A DNA stretch of 55,979 nt, taken from positions 1 to 55,979 of the IMG/VR virus record IMGVR_UViG_3300032421_000002; one strand, given 5' to 3'. The notes below the pieces were generated by a model. It ran no database searches, was not told the DNA's origin, and saw only the letters and a program-made list of their open reading frames with translations. Source of the DNA: a virus (taxonomy: Duplodnaviria > Caudoviricetes). Every line of letters starts with the position of its first letter. The stretch's first letter is position 1. Positions 33,753-43,050 of this stretch are shown here, piece after piece. Both the position numbers and the translations under genes were made by a program.

Positions 33753-35387
33753 ATGGCCTTCGGTCCCCGCAAGGCGGCCAAGGCCGCAGCGTTCCCGGTA
33801 GTCGGCTGGAGTGAGAAGGCTGTTCAGAAGCCTGGGACGAACCTGCGGCCGCTGCCCGAGTCCGCGCGCATCCCGGTGCGCATGGCCGACGCGGGCAACA
33901 CCTACGCGAAGCTCACGCCGCTCGATGAGCTGTTCGACAAGCTGGCCTCGTACTCGGCGGACCCGCTAGGGTTCGTGATGTGGGCTTTCCCCTGGGGCGA
34001 GCGCGGCACGAGCCTGGAAGACATGACAGGCCCCGAGCCGTGGCAACGGGAGCAGCTCGAACGCATCGGGGCGCGGCTTCGGGCCGGCGGCGCCGACATC
34101 AGCGACGTGATCGAAGAGGACGTGTCGAGCGGCCACGGCGTCGGCAAGTCGGCCGAAGTGGCGTGGCTCATCCTGTGGGCCATCAGCACGCACGCCGACA
34201 CCCGCGGCGTGGTGACCGCGAACACGGACACGCAGCTGCGAACGAAGACATGGGCCGAGCTGGGCAAGTGGTATCAGCTGTTTATCGGCAAGACTATGTT
34301 CAAGTTCACCGCAACGTCGATCTTCATCGCGAATGATCCCGTGCGCGAGAAGTCATGGCGGATTGACGCGATCCCCTGGTCTGCGGACAACACGGAAGGC
34401 TTCGCGGGCCTGCACAACCAAGGCCGGCGCATCCTCGTGATCTTCGACGAGGCGAGCTCGATCGACGATGCGATTTGGGAGGTGACCGAGGGCGCGCTCA
34501 CCGACGCGAAGACGCAGATCATCTGGTGCCGCTACGGCAACCCTACTCGGACATCGGGGCAGTTCTTCCGGCGCTGCACGCAGCCCAAGCGCAACCACTA
34601 CACACGCGTCGACAGCCGCACGATCAGCTTTAGCAATAAGGGCCAGATCGCGGCATGGATCGACGACTATGGCGAGGACAGCGACTTTGTGCGCGTGCGC
34701 GTCAAGGGGCAGTTCCCGCGCGCTGGCTACGCCAACTTCATCAGCCCAGAGCAGGTGTTCAACGCCCGCCGGCGCCGCGTGCCGTTGGTCGCATATCAGG
34801 CTTACCAGAAGGTCATCGCCGTCGACCCCGCGCGCTTCGGCGATGACTTCTCGGTGATCACGTGTCGGCAAGGGCTCAAGGTGCATTGGCAGGTGGCGCT
34901 AGGCGGCTTCGACGGCGTCGACCTCGCAAACCGCGTGGCCGAGTTCGCGCGCAAAGAGACCGGGCGCATCAGCTGCATCGTGTACGACGCGATCGGCAAC
35001 GGCGCGGACTTCGACAGCGCGATAAAGCGCGTGCCCAACCTCAACATCCCGCTGATCCCGGTTATGTGGGGCCAGCCCGCGAAGGACGACAAGCAGTATT
35101 TCAACCAGCGCAGCGAGTGCTGGGGGCGCATGCGCGACTGGCTCGATGAGGGCGAGGTGCCGGATGACGACACGCTGGCCGACGAGCTCGTGAGCCTGGA
35201 CTACGGCTACGACGCCAAGTTTCGGATCCAGCTCCAGAGCAAGAAGGACATCAAGAAGAACGGCGGCAAGTCGCCGGACCGCGCCGACAGCCTTGCGCTC
35301 AGCTTCGTGCCCGACCTGATCGACCGCAAGGTGACGACAGCCTACGCGCGGCCGGTGAAGCGCCGCACAGTGGTTTGGAGCAGGTAG
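33753..35387 (+). CDS. terL: Terminase large subunit
   Basis: Walker A 'SGHGVGKS', Walker B 'IFDEAS', 'GNPT', nuclease 'VDPARFGDD', 'SPDRAD'. Confidence 0.95.
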   Translation: MAFGPRKAAKAAAFPVVGWSEKAVQKPGTNLRPLPESARIPVRMADAGNTYAKLTPLDELFDKLASYSADPLGFVMWAFPWGERGTSLEDMTGPEPWQREQLERIGARLRAGGADISDVIEEDVSSGHGVGKSAEVAWLILWAISTHADTRGVVTANTDTQLRTKTWAELGKWYQLFIGKTMFKFTATSIFIANDPVREKSWRIDAIPWSADNTEGFAGLHNQGRRILVIFDEASSIDDAIWEVTEGALTDAKTQIIWCRYGNPTRTSGQFFRRCTQPKRNHYTRVDSRTISFSNKGQIAAWIDDYGEDSDFVRVRVKGQFPRAGYANFISPEQVFNARRRRVPLVAYQAYQKVIAVDPARFGDDFSVITCRQGLKVHWQVALGGFDGVDLANRVAEFARKETGRISCIVYDAIGNGADFDSAIKRVPNLNIPLIPVMWGQPAKDDKQYFNQRSECWGRMRDWLDEGEVPDDDTLADELVSLDYGYDAKFRIQLQSKKDIKKNGGKSPDRADSLALSFVPDLIDRKVTTAYARPVKRRTVVWSR

Positions 35388-35444
35388 ACAAAGGCCGCGC
35401 GCTGGCAGTAGCATGCGCTTACTTGCTCGGGGAGGAGCGCGCGC

Positions 35445-35624
35445 ATGGATCTGCCAACGGCTCGGCAATGGTGGCAAAGCCTCTGCGATTCGCAGCGCGC
35501 GTACGTGCTTGCAGTCCTGACCGGAAGCCCGGCGCCGCCAGCGCGCGGGCCTTCTGACGCGTTCGTGTTCTACGCCTACCGGGCCCGGCACTGGCCGGCG
35601 CAAGAGGGCTGGCCGAAGAGGTAG
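35445..35624 (+). CDS. 59-aa hypothetical protein, not in the ORF track
   Basis: GGAGGAG SD; MDLPTARQWWQSLCDSQRAY... Confidence 0.5.
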   Translation: MDLPTARQWWQSLCDSQRAYVLAVLTGSPAPPARGPSDAFVFYAYRARHWPAQEGWPKR

Positions 35625-35645
35625 CATGTCGGCTATGATGGGCGC

Positions 35646-35807
35646 ATGCCGGAAGACGGTCGGGGGAGTGTCCGACCCACGAGCTTAGGTTCGTGTAGCT
35701 CACAGTCACGAGCGCCGGCTCCTAGCACCGGCCCGACAGGCCACTTGGCAGGAGTCGCGATCCCGCCCCTGAAAGCCCGCCACGGAGCAATCCTGGCGGG
35801 CTTTCTT
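35646..35807 (+). ncRNA. Candidate small structured RNA (four-way junction) with its own terminator
   Basis: TATGAT -10 at 35634; closing stem GCCGG/CCGGC with three internal hairpins; terminator follows. Confidence 0.45.
35771..35807 (+). terminator. Rho-independent terminator-like hairpin
   Basis: GAAAGCCCGCCA/TGGCGGGCTTTC followed by TT. Confidence 0.7.
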
Positions 35808-35834
35808 GTGCCTTAGCTAGTGCTCGCTTACACT
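35806..35834 (+). promoter_or_regulatory. Portal gene promoter (probably leaderless)
   Basis: TTGTGC-17-TACACT; ATG 8 nt later, no SD. Confidence 0.55.
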
Positions 35835-35842
35835 CCCGCCTC

Positions 35843-38053
35843 ATGGCTAACCCACTCGTGCGCCAGCTTGGGCTACAGGCAATCCTCAACCGCGATGCCG
35901 CGGCAGCGCCCGAGCCCCAGGCGATCGACGAGACAAGCAGCATGTCGGCGCTCGCGAGCCACGTGCGCGCGGCGTGGGGCCGGAACAAGCTCAGCAAGGA
36001 ACGCATCAGCCTGAAGCTGCTTGATTGCCTGCGCGCGCGCCGCGGTGTCTACAGCCCGGCGCAGCTCCAGGTCATGATGAGCAACGGCGGCGGGATGAAC
36101 ATCGTCTGGGCCGACCTGACCGAAACGAAGTGCCGCGCCGCGTCGGCGTGGATCCGCGAGATCGTGCTGCCTGTCGGCGAACAGCCGTGGGGCATCGACC
36201 CGACGCCGCTGCCCGATCTGCCGAAGGCGCTCAAGCAGTCCATCGTCACCAAGGCGCTCGAACAGGCCAAGCAAGTGATGATTCAGGCGGCGCAAGCCAG
36301 CGCCCCGCCGGAACCTGACCCGAACGCGCCGCCCGGTGCCCCGCCGCCCCCGAGCCCGACCACGATGACGCCCGGCGAGTTCCGCGACCTCGTGATCTCG
36401 CTGGGCGAGAAACTCCGCGACGAGGCCGAGCGCACCGTCAGCAAGATCGCGGCCGCGCGCGCAAAGCGCATGGAGAAGCAGATCGCGGACCGGCTCGCGC
36501 AGGGCGGTTACGCGCAGGCGATGGATGCCTTCGTCGAGGACTTCTGCACCTACCCCGCGGCCATCCTCAAGGGTCCGATCTACACGCGCCACAAGACGCT
36601 GAAATGGGCGGACGGCTGGAACCCGCAGGTATCGAACAACCCCGCGCAGACGTGGAGCCACGTAAGCCCCTTCGACGTGTACCCGGCCGCAGCAAGCCGC
36701 AGTCCGCAAGAGGGCGACTTCATCGAGCGCATCCGCTTCCGCCGCGATGAGCTGTTCGACTTGAAGGGCTTGCCCGACTACAAGGACGACGAGATCGACG
36801 CGGCGCTGCGCGACTACTCGGGCGGCCACCTTGAGGGCTGGCTCTGGACCGAGGCCGAGCGGCAGCGGCTGGAGCAGGAAACCATGTACATGTGGCTTTC
36901 CCCGCCGGGCGTGATCGATGCGCTGAACTACTGGGGCGGCGTGCCCGGCTGGAAGCTCAAGAGCTGGGGCGTGCAGGGCAACGCGAAGACGGGCGAGCTC
37001 GAAGACACCCGCGACTATGAGTGCAACGTGCTCATCTGCGGCAAGTACATCCTCTACGCGGCGTTGAACCCCGACCCGCTCGACAAGCGCCCCTACCTCA
37101 AGGCGTGCTATGACGAGATTCCGGGCGCCTTCTGGGGCCGCAGCATCCCCGACCTCGCGAGCACGCACCAGAAAATGTGCAATGGCATCGCGTGCGCGCT
37201 GGCCGACAACCTCGCGATGGCGAGCGGCCCGATGGTGTGGGTGCACGCCGATCGCTTCGCGGACGGCGAGAGCACGATCGACATTTTCCCGTGGAAGACG
37301 TGGCAGCTGAAGAGCGACCCCTCGCAAGGCGTGAACCCTGGAATCGGCTTCTTCCAGGCGGACGATCGCAGCGGTCCGCTGATGGCGACCTATGAGCAGT
37401 GGGAGCGGCGCGCGGACGACGCCACCGGCATTCCGCGCTACACCTACGGCAACGAGCAAGCCGGCGGCAGCGCCGACACGGCGACGGGTCTGAGCATGCT
37501 GATGAACAACGCGGCGAAGGGACTGCGCCGCGCGATCTCGAACATCGACCTGAACGTGATTGCGCCGACGATCGAGCAGACGTTCACGAATGAGATGCTC
37601 TACAACCCGGACGACTCGATCAAGGGCGATTGCATCACCGTGCCGCGCGGCGCGGCCGCGATCCTGATCAAGGAATCGGCGCAGCAGCGGCGCACGCAGT
37701 TCCTCGGGATGACAGGCAACCCGATCGACATGCAGATCATCGGCCTCAAGGGGCGCGCCGCGCTGCTGCGCGAGACCGCGAGCGCGATGGAGCTGCCAGT
37801 CGACGACATCGTGCCGTCCGAAGAGGAAATGGAGCAGAAGGAGGCCGCGCAAGCGCAGGCAGCCCAAGCCCAGGCACAGGCCCAAGCGCAAGCCGGGCAG
37901 GCACAAGAGCAGGCGATTGCGCAGCGCGAATCGCAGGGCCGGCAAGAGGCGCTGATCGCCGACATCGTCAAGCAAGTCATCGCCGCAAAGGCGAAGCCGC
38001 CGGCGCCGGCCGCGGGGCCGCCAACCGGCCAGCGGCAGCTCGCGGCTGCGTGA
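35843..38053 (+). CDS. Portal protein
   Basis: 736 aa after terL; 'VSPFDVYP', 'FWGRSI', 'D.ATGIPRY..G', 'TATGLSMLM'; Gln/Ala-rich tail. Confidence 0.9.
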   Translation: MANPLVRQLGLQAILNRDAAAAPEPQAIDETSSMSALASHVRAAWGRNKLSKERISLKLLDCLRARRGVYSPAQLQVMMSNGGGMNIVWADLTETKCRAASAWIREIVLPVGEQPWGIDPTPLPDLPKALKQSIVTKALEQAKQVMIQAAQASAPPEPDPNAPPGAPPPPSPTTMTPGEFRDLVISLGEKLRDEAERTVSKIAAARAKRMEKQIADRLAQGGYAQAMDAFVEDFCTYPAAILKGPIYTRHKTLKWADGWNPQVSNNPAQTWSHVSPFDVYPAAASRSPQEGDFIERIRFRRDELFDLKGLPDYKDDEIDAALRDYSGGHLEGWLWTEAERQRLEQETMYMWLSPPGVIDALNYWGGVPGWKLKSWGVQGNAKTGELEDTRDYECNVLICGKYILYAALNPDPLDKRPYLKACYDEIPGAFWGRSIPDLASTHQKMCNGIACALADNLAMASGPMVWVHADRFADGESTIDIFPWKTWQLKSDPSQGVNPGIGFFQADDRSGPLMATYEQWERRADDATGIPRYTYGNEQAGGSADTATGLSMLMNNAAKGLRRAISNIDLNVIAPTIEQTFTNEMLYNPDDSIKGDCITVPRGAAAILIKESAQQRRTQFLGMTGNPIDMQIIGLKGRAALLRETASAMELPVDDIVPSEEEMEQKEAAQAQAAQAQAQAQAQAGQAQEQAIAQRESQGRQEALIADIVKQVIAAKAKPPAPAAGPPTGQRQLAAA

Positions 38054-38054
38054 T

Positions 38055-40553
38055 GTGAAGCTCTGGGATCTCATCGTGACGGCGTTCAACACGATCAGGC
38101 ACAGCGGGGGAAAGAGGCTGGCGCCCAAGGCGGCGTTTGCCGCGACCCCGCTTTCGGGCACCGCGCCCCTGACCGTGCAGTTCACGGACCAGAGCAGCAA
38201 CGGCCCGACCGCGTGGGCGTGGGACTTCACCGGCGACGGCGTCACCGACTCGACGGTGAAGAGCCCGAGCCACACCTACGACACGCCGGGCGTGTACACG
38301 GTCACGCTGACCGCGTTGAATTCCTACGGCTCGGGCTCGGTGACGAAGCCGTCCTACATCACGGTGAGCTCGGCCGCAGCACCCGCGCCGGCGCCTGCAC
38401 CGCCGCCCCCGCCCACCGTTGTGTTCTCCGGGTTCCCGCTGAGCGGCGTTGCGCCGCTGTCGGTGGCGTTCACGGATGCGTCTTCCGGCTCGCCGACGAG
38501 CTGGGCATGGGACTTCACCGGCGACGGCGTCACTGACTCGACGCAGCAGAATCCGACCGCGACCTATGCCACGCCGGGCGATTACACGGTCGGGCTCAGC
38601 GCGACCAGTGCCAACGGAACGGGGAGCCTCGTGAAACCTGCCTACGTACACGTGACCGCGCCTCCCCCGCCCACGGCCGCGTTCGTCGGCACGCCTCTGA
38701 GCGGCACGGTGCCGTTCGCGGTGCAGTTCACGGACCAGTCGAGCGGCTCGCCGACAAGCTGGCTGTGGAGCTTCGGGGATGGTTCGACGAGCAACGTGCG
38801 GAACCCCAGCCACACGTACAACGCCGCCGGCACGTACAACGTCACGCTGACCGCAACGAATCTCGGTGGCTCGAACAGCATCACCAAGACCGCGTACATC
38901 ACCGGCGCGGCGCCGCCTGCGCCCCCGCCACCCCCGCCCCCGGCGCCGGTGGCCGCGTTTGTCGGCACGCCGTTGAGCGGCACGACGCCATTCGCTGCGC
39001 AGTTCACCGACCAGTCGAGCAACACGCCGACGAGCTGGGCCTGGACGTTCGGCGACGGCGCCACGAGCACCGCGCAGAACCCCAGCCACACGTACAGCGC
39101 CGCGGGCACGTACTCGGTATCGCTGACCGCGAAGAACGCAGGCGGCTCGAACACGCTGACCAAGACGGCGTACATCGCGGCGAGCGCACCGCTGCCGCCG
39201 GCGCCGGTCGCCGCGTTCACTGCGTCGCCGACCTCGGGCACCGCGCCCCTGACCGTGCAGTTCACCGACCAGTCGAGCGGCTCGCCGACGAGCTGGTTGT
39301 GGAGCTTCGGCGACGGCACGACCAGCACGGCGCAGAACCCGAGCCACAGCTACAACGCCGTGGGCACGTACACGGTCACGCTGACGGCGACGAATGCCGG
39401 CGGTTCCAGCAACGTGACCAAGACGAGCTACATCGCCGCCGCGGCGCCCGCGCCGGCGCCCACCGCCGCCTTCACTGCGTCGCCGACCTCGGGTACCGCG
39501 CCGCTGGCCGTGCAGTTCAGCGATCAGTCGACGGGCACGCCGACGAGCTGGTTGTGGAACTTCGGCGACGGCTCGACGAGCACCGTCAAGAACCCGGCGC
39601 ACACGTACGCGGCAGCGGGTACGTACACGGTCACGCTGACGGCGACGAACGCGCAGGGATCGAACACGCTGACGAAGACCGCGTTCATCTCGGCGGGCTC
39701 GTCGATCTTGCCGCTGCTCGCGATCCCGTTCCCGCTCAGCCTCGCCGTGAGCAACAGCAACGGCACGCAGTTCCCGAGCCCGTACAACGGCGCAACGCTG
39801 ACCGCGGCGGACGGGCAGGTGCGCTTGGGGTTGGTGGCCGACCCGGGCGGCAGCGGGCAGACTGTGCAGTTGCACCGCGTCAGGCAAGGCGACTTCGTGA
39901 TCTCGGGCGGCGTGCGCAGCGAAGAACTTGCGATCGACCTGCCGGCGTATCGGCTCGACCCGGGCCCGCTTGTCGATCACTGGTACGCGTTCGCGGTTCG
40001 CGGCAAGAGCGGTGAATGGCCGCTAGTCGGGACCGTCACCGATGACTCGTTCGCGGTCTTCCAGACGCACACACCGCTCAACGGCAGCACGCAGCCGCCG
40101 GTTTCGCTCGTCATGTGGCCGCAGGCGAAAATTCTGCGGTGGCGCTACTCTTACCAGAGCGCGGCGCCTGTTGGGGGCGTCACCACAACGCAGTTCACCG
40201 GCGACCTGTACAACCCGTACCCGACCCAGAACCTGCCGGCGCCGGACCAGTGGCTCAGGTACATCGTGCATCAGCGCATGGGGTGGACGACTGCACAGAA
40301 CCCGATCACCGAGATCTGGCAGTCGATCAACGGCGGCCCGTGGGTGCAGATCGTCAATTCGGCGGTGTTCAACTCGTACAACGATGGCGGCGTCGCGACG
40401 CAGGCACCGTACCTGCGCATCGGCACGTACAAGTGGAGCTACAACGACTGGTCCGTGTCGCCGATCGCGCAGTACATGACGCCGATCTTCTACGGCCGCG
40501 GCGCGAACCTGCTCGAAAACGCCAAGGCTTCCCTCGCACCGTTCGTCGGTTGA
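38055..40553 (+). CDS. Six PKD (Ig-like) repeats plus a C-terminal polysaccharide-lyase-like/jelly-roll domain
   Basis: Six 'A.F...P.SG.APL.VQFTD.S...PTSW.W.FGDG..ST..NPSHTY...G.Y.VTLTA.N' units; C-terminus 'RSE', 'WYAF', 'FQ.H', 'YLRIG.YK'. Confidence 0.8.
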   Translation: MKLWDLIVTAFNTIRHSGGKRLAPKAAFAATPLSGTAPLTVQFTDQSSNGPTAWAWDFTGDGVTDSTVKSPSHTYDTPGVYTVTLTALNSYGSGSVTKPSYITVSSAAAPAPAPAPPPPPTVVFSGFPLSGVAPLSVAFTDASSGSPTSWAWDFTGDGVTDSTQQNPTATYATPGDYTVGLSATSANGTGSLVKPAYVHVTAPPPPTAAFVGTPLSGTVPFAVQFTDQSSGSPTSWLWSFGDGSTSNVRNPSHTYNAAGTYNVTLTATNLGGSNSITKTAYITGAAPPAPPPPPPPAPVAAFVGTPLSGTTPFAAQFTDQSSNTPTSWAWTFGDGATSTAQNPSHTYSAAGTYSVSLTAKNAGGSNTLTKTAYIAASAPLPPAPVAAFTASPTSGTAPLTVQFTDQSSGSPTSWLWSFGDGTTSTAQNPSHSYNAVGTYTVTLTATNAGGSSNVTKTSYIAAAAPAPAPTAAFTASPTSGTAPLAVQFSDQSTGTPTSWLWNFGDGSTSTVKNPAHTYAAAGTYTVTLTATNAQGSNTLTKTAFISAGSSILPLLAIPFPLSLAVSNSNGTQFPSPYNGATLTAADGQVRLGLVADPGGSGQTVQLHRVRQGDFVISGGVRSEELAIDLPAYRLDPGPLVDHWYAFAVRGKSGEWPLVGTVTDDSFAVFQTHTPLNGSTQPPVSLVMWPQAKILRWRYSYQSAAPVGGVTTTQFTGDLYNPYPTQNLPAPDQWLRYIVHQRMGWTTAQNPITEIWQSINGGPWVQIVNSAVFNSYNDGGVATQAPYLRIGTYKWSYNDWSVSPIAQYMTPIFYGRGANLLENAKASLAPFVG

Positions 40554-40578
40554 CGTAAGCGTGTGCTCACGTTACATT
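40550..40578 (+). promoter_or_regulatory. Late promoter (probably leaderless)
   Basis: TTGACG-17-TACATT; ATG at 40586, no SD. Confidence 0.7.
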
Positions 40579-40585
40579 GCCCCGC

Positions 40586-40861
40586 ATGCGGTTGAGTGAG
40601 TCCCAACTTGTCTTTCTGGCGCGCTTTGCGAAGTCGCCGGACGGCAAGGAACTTACCGACCTGCTGCGAGCCGAGCTCGCGGAGGTGGAGAAGGCATTGC
40701 GCACCCAGACCGGGGAAGAACTGTACCGGCAACAAGGGCACGCGCAGCGGCTGGACAAGCTGATCGCCGACATCACCGACGCGAGCGCCAAGCTCACCCG
40801 CAACCTGTCAGCGGCAACGCCTCGACGGTTTGTGTTCAACGAAGACGGACCCGCCCGGTAG
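40586..40861 (+). CDS. Small head-associated protein (Bbp19-like position)
   Basis: 'F..SPDGK', 'LYRQQG.A'; precedes the scaffold. Confidence 0.7.
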   Translation: MRLSESQLVFLARFAKSPDGKELTDLLRAELAEVEKALRTQTGEELYRQQGHAQRLDKLIADITDASAKLTRNLSAATPRRFVFNEDGPAR

Positions 40862-40914
40862 GCATCCGCGAAAACCCGATTCCCAGCATGTGATCCTGGA
40901 TCGCGGAGACCCAA

Positions 40915-41898
40915 ATGCAGGCTTCCCAAGCCCGAGATTCCAACGTAACCCTTCCTCGCGCGATCGTGCGCCGCTCCGCTGCCATCCAGGCCCGGATCGA
41001 CGCCCGGAACGCCGAACCGAAGACCGATCCCGCGGACCCGAACGCGCCCCCGGTCGACCCGAGCGCCGTGTCTGCGACCCCTTCCGACCCCCCGGCACCG
41101 CCGGTTGAGCCCGCCGCCCCCGTGGCCGACCCTCGCGAAAACGACCCTGCCTATTGGCGGCAGCGTTTCAACGTGACGGCCGGCGTGCTGAAGGCAGAGC
41201 GCAATGCGCACAAGGGCGAGATCGACGAGCTGTCTCGGAAGATGACCGAGATGCAGGAGCAAATGCGCACCCTGCAAGCCAGCGCGCCGACCAACGAAGC
41301 CAAGCCGGACGTGAAGCAGTTCTTCACGGCCGAGCAGATCGAGCAGTTCGGCGAAGAGCAGTGCGAAGCGATGGCGATGGCGGCGATGAAAAGCGCGCAG
41401 TCAGCCGTGCAGCAAGCGATCGAGGCCGAGGTGAAGCCTCTGCGCGAGCAGCAAGAGCGGACGAAAGCGCAGACCATCGAAGAACGGAAGCAAGTGTTCA
41501 CTGACAAGCTCGGTGAACTGGTGCCCGGTTACGCCGAGATCGACACCGATCCCGCATGGCTCGCGTGGCTCGCGCAGGAGGATGAAGCCTCGGGGCTCGA
41601 ACGTCAGGCCATCCTGAACCAACACATCAGCACCCTGAATGCGGTGAAGGTGGCGAAGGTCTTTCAGGACTACCTGAAGTCGAAGGCCCCGGCACCGCGG
41701 CCGACGCCGCCGGTGGTGGGCAAAGGCAATGGCGCGGGGCCTTCGGGCGACGCGCCGCCGGAACCGCCCGCTTCGTCGCTCAAGGCTCCTACGGACGCGG
41801 AAGTCAAGGACTTCTACAAACGCGCCGCGCTCGGTCGAGTGAAGGATACGGAACGCGTGGAATTCGAGGCAAGGATGAAGCTGAGAACCGGCCGGTAG
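40915..41898 (+). CDS. Capsid scaffolding protein
   Basis: Pro-rich N-terminus, coiled coils, 'W..RF....G', 'W.AWL'; directly upstream of the MCP. Confidence 0.8.
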   Translation: MQASQARDSNVTLPRAIVRRSAAIQARIDARNAEPKTDPADPNAPPVDPSAVSATPSDPPAPPVEPAAPVADPRENDPAYWRQRFNVTAGVLKAERNAHKGEIDELSRKMTEMQEQMRTLQASAPTNEAKPDVKQFFTAEQIEQFGEEQCEAMAMAAMKSAQSAVQQAIEAEVKPLREQQERTKAQTIEERKQVFTDKLGELVPGYAEIDTDPAWLAWLAQEDEASGLERQAILNQHISTLNAVKVAKVFQDYLKSKAPAPRPTPPVVGKGNGAGPSGDAPPEPPASSLKAPTDAEVKDFYKRAALGRVKDTERVEFEARMKLRTGR

Positions 41899-41931
41899 GC
41901 CGGAACCTCCCTTCCCTTTCTGGAGTTCATC

Positions 41932-42990
41932 ATGTTCAAGAAAATCGGCAGCGCGATCGCGCTTGCAGTGGCCTCTGTCGGCGCGTTCGCGCACAGCATC
42001 GCCGAGAAGGCGCACGATGCGCTGTTCGGCTACATGGGCCGCACGGGGCTGGTGCTGTTCGCGGGCGTGCCGCGCGCCTCGGGCGTGCCGGACTACGGTC
42101 CGAGCGGAAACACCAACTTCGACCCCGAGATCTACTCGGGCAAGCTCGTCGAGAAGTTCTACAAGACGACCGTGTTCGGCGAGATCGCCTCGACCGACTA
42201 CGAGGGCGAGATCGCGGGCTTCGGCGCGCAGGTGAAGATCCGCACCATCCCGACCGTGGTCGTCAGTGACTACGTCATCGGCGCGGGTCTAACGCCCCAG
42301 TACCCGGCGAACAACAGCGTCACGCTGGCGATCGACCAAGCCAAGAGTTTCGCCGTCGCGCTGTCGACCGTGGACAGCCGCCAGTCCGACCTGGACTTGG
42401 CCGACGTGTTCGCGAACGACGGCAGCATTCAGCTCCGCATCGCCGCGGACGCCGACCTGCTGGAGACCATTCCGGCCGACGTGAGCGCCGACAACAGCGG
42501 CTCGACCGCCGGTGCCGACTCGAACGACATCAACCTGGGCACGGCCGCCGCGCCGCTCTCCGTGACGAAGGACACGGTAGTGCAGCTGATCACGAACATG
42601 GGTCAGGTTCTCGACGAGCAGAACGTGTCGGACGAAGGCCGCTGGCTGGTGGTGCCCCCGTGGTTCATCAACCTGATCAAAAACTCGGACCTGAAGATCG
42701 CTTCGCTGGCCGGTGACGGGGTCTCGATCCTGCGCAATGGCAAGGTGGGCGAGATCGATCGCTTCACGATCTACCAGAGCCGCAACGTCCTCCAGCAAGC
42801 CACGCCCGGCCCGGCCTCGCACATCGTGTTCGGCCACAGCGCTGGCCTGACGTTCGCGGCCCAGATCGTCGAGTGCCAGATGATCGACAACCCGAGCGAC
42901 TTCGGCTACATCATCCGCGGCCTCATGGTCTTCGGTTTCGAGGTGATCGAACCGAAGTACCTGGGCACGGCCATCGTCAAGCGCGGCTGA
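41932..42990 (+). CDS. Major capsid protein (P22/T7-like HK97 fold) with an N-terminal hydrophobic leader
   Basis: 'F.PEIYSGKL...FY', 'DYEGEI...G..VKI', 'LDEQNV...GRW.VVPP', 'G.IDRF.IY.S', 'FG..IRGL.VFG'. Confidence 0.92.
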   Translation: MFKKIGSAIALAVASVGAFAHSIAEKAHDALFGYMGRTGLVLFAGVPRASGVPDYGPSGNTNFDPEIYSGKLVEKFYKTTVFGEIASTDYEGEIAGFGAQVKIRTIPTVVVSDYVIGAGLTPQYPANNSVTLAIDQAKSFAVALSTVDSRQSDLDLADVFANDGSIQLRIAADADLLETIPADVSADNSGSTAGADSNDINLGTAAAPLSVTKDTVVQLITNMGQVLDEQNVSDEGRWLVVPPWFINLIKNSDLKIASLAGDGVSILRNGKVGEIDRFTIYQSRNVLQQATPGPASHIVFGHSAGLTFAAQIVECQMIDNPSDFGYIIRGLMVFGFEVIEPKYLGTAIVKRG

Positions 42991-43002
42991 TCGCAGTAGG
43001 AT

Positions 43003-43024
43003 AGGGCTTGCGCAAGTGAGCCCT
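43003..43024 (+). terminator. GNRA-capped hairpin after the MCP
   Basis: AGGGCTTGC-GCAA-GTGAGCCCT; weak U-tract. Confidence 0.5.
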
Positions 43025-43050
43025 TCCACTCACCTCACGAAGGAGTTTTC

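Noticed and set aside
35648-35719. Canonical tRNA gene
   Set aside because: Cloverleaf-like, but there is no 7-bp acceptor stem, no TTCRA T-loop in the correct arm and no 7-nt anticodon loop; kept only as a candidate ncRNA.
38115-39700. DNA repeat array or CRISPR-like periodicity
   Set aside because: Explained by the six in-frame PKD protein repeats.
35873-39980. Long antisense ORFs (800 aa and 667 aa) and similar ones elsewhere
   Set aside because: Shadow frames of GC-rich coding genes; Arg/Ala-rich with no recognisable motifs or SD.
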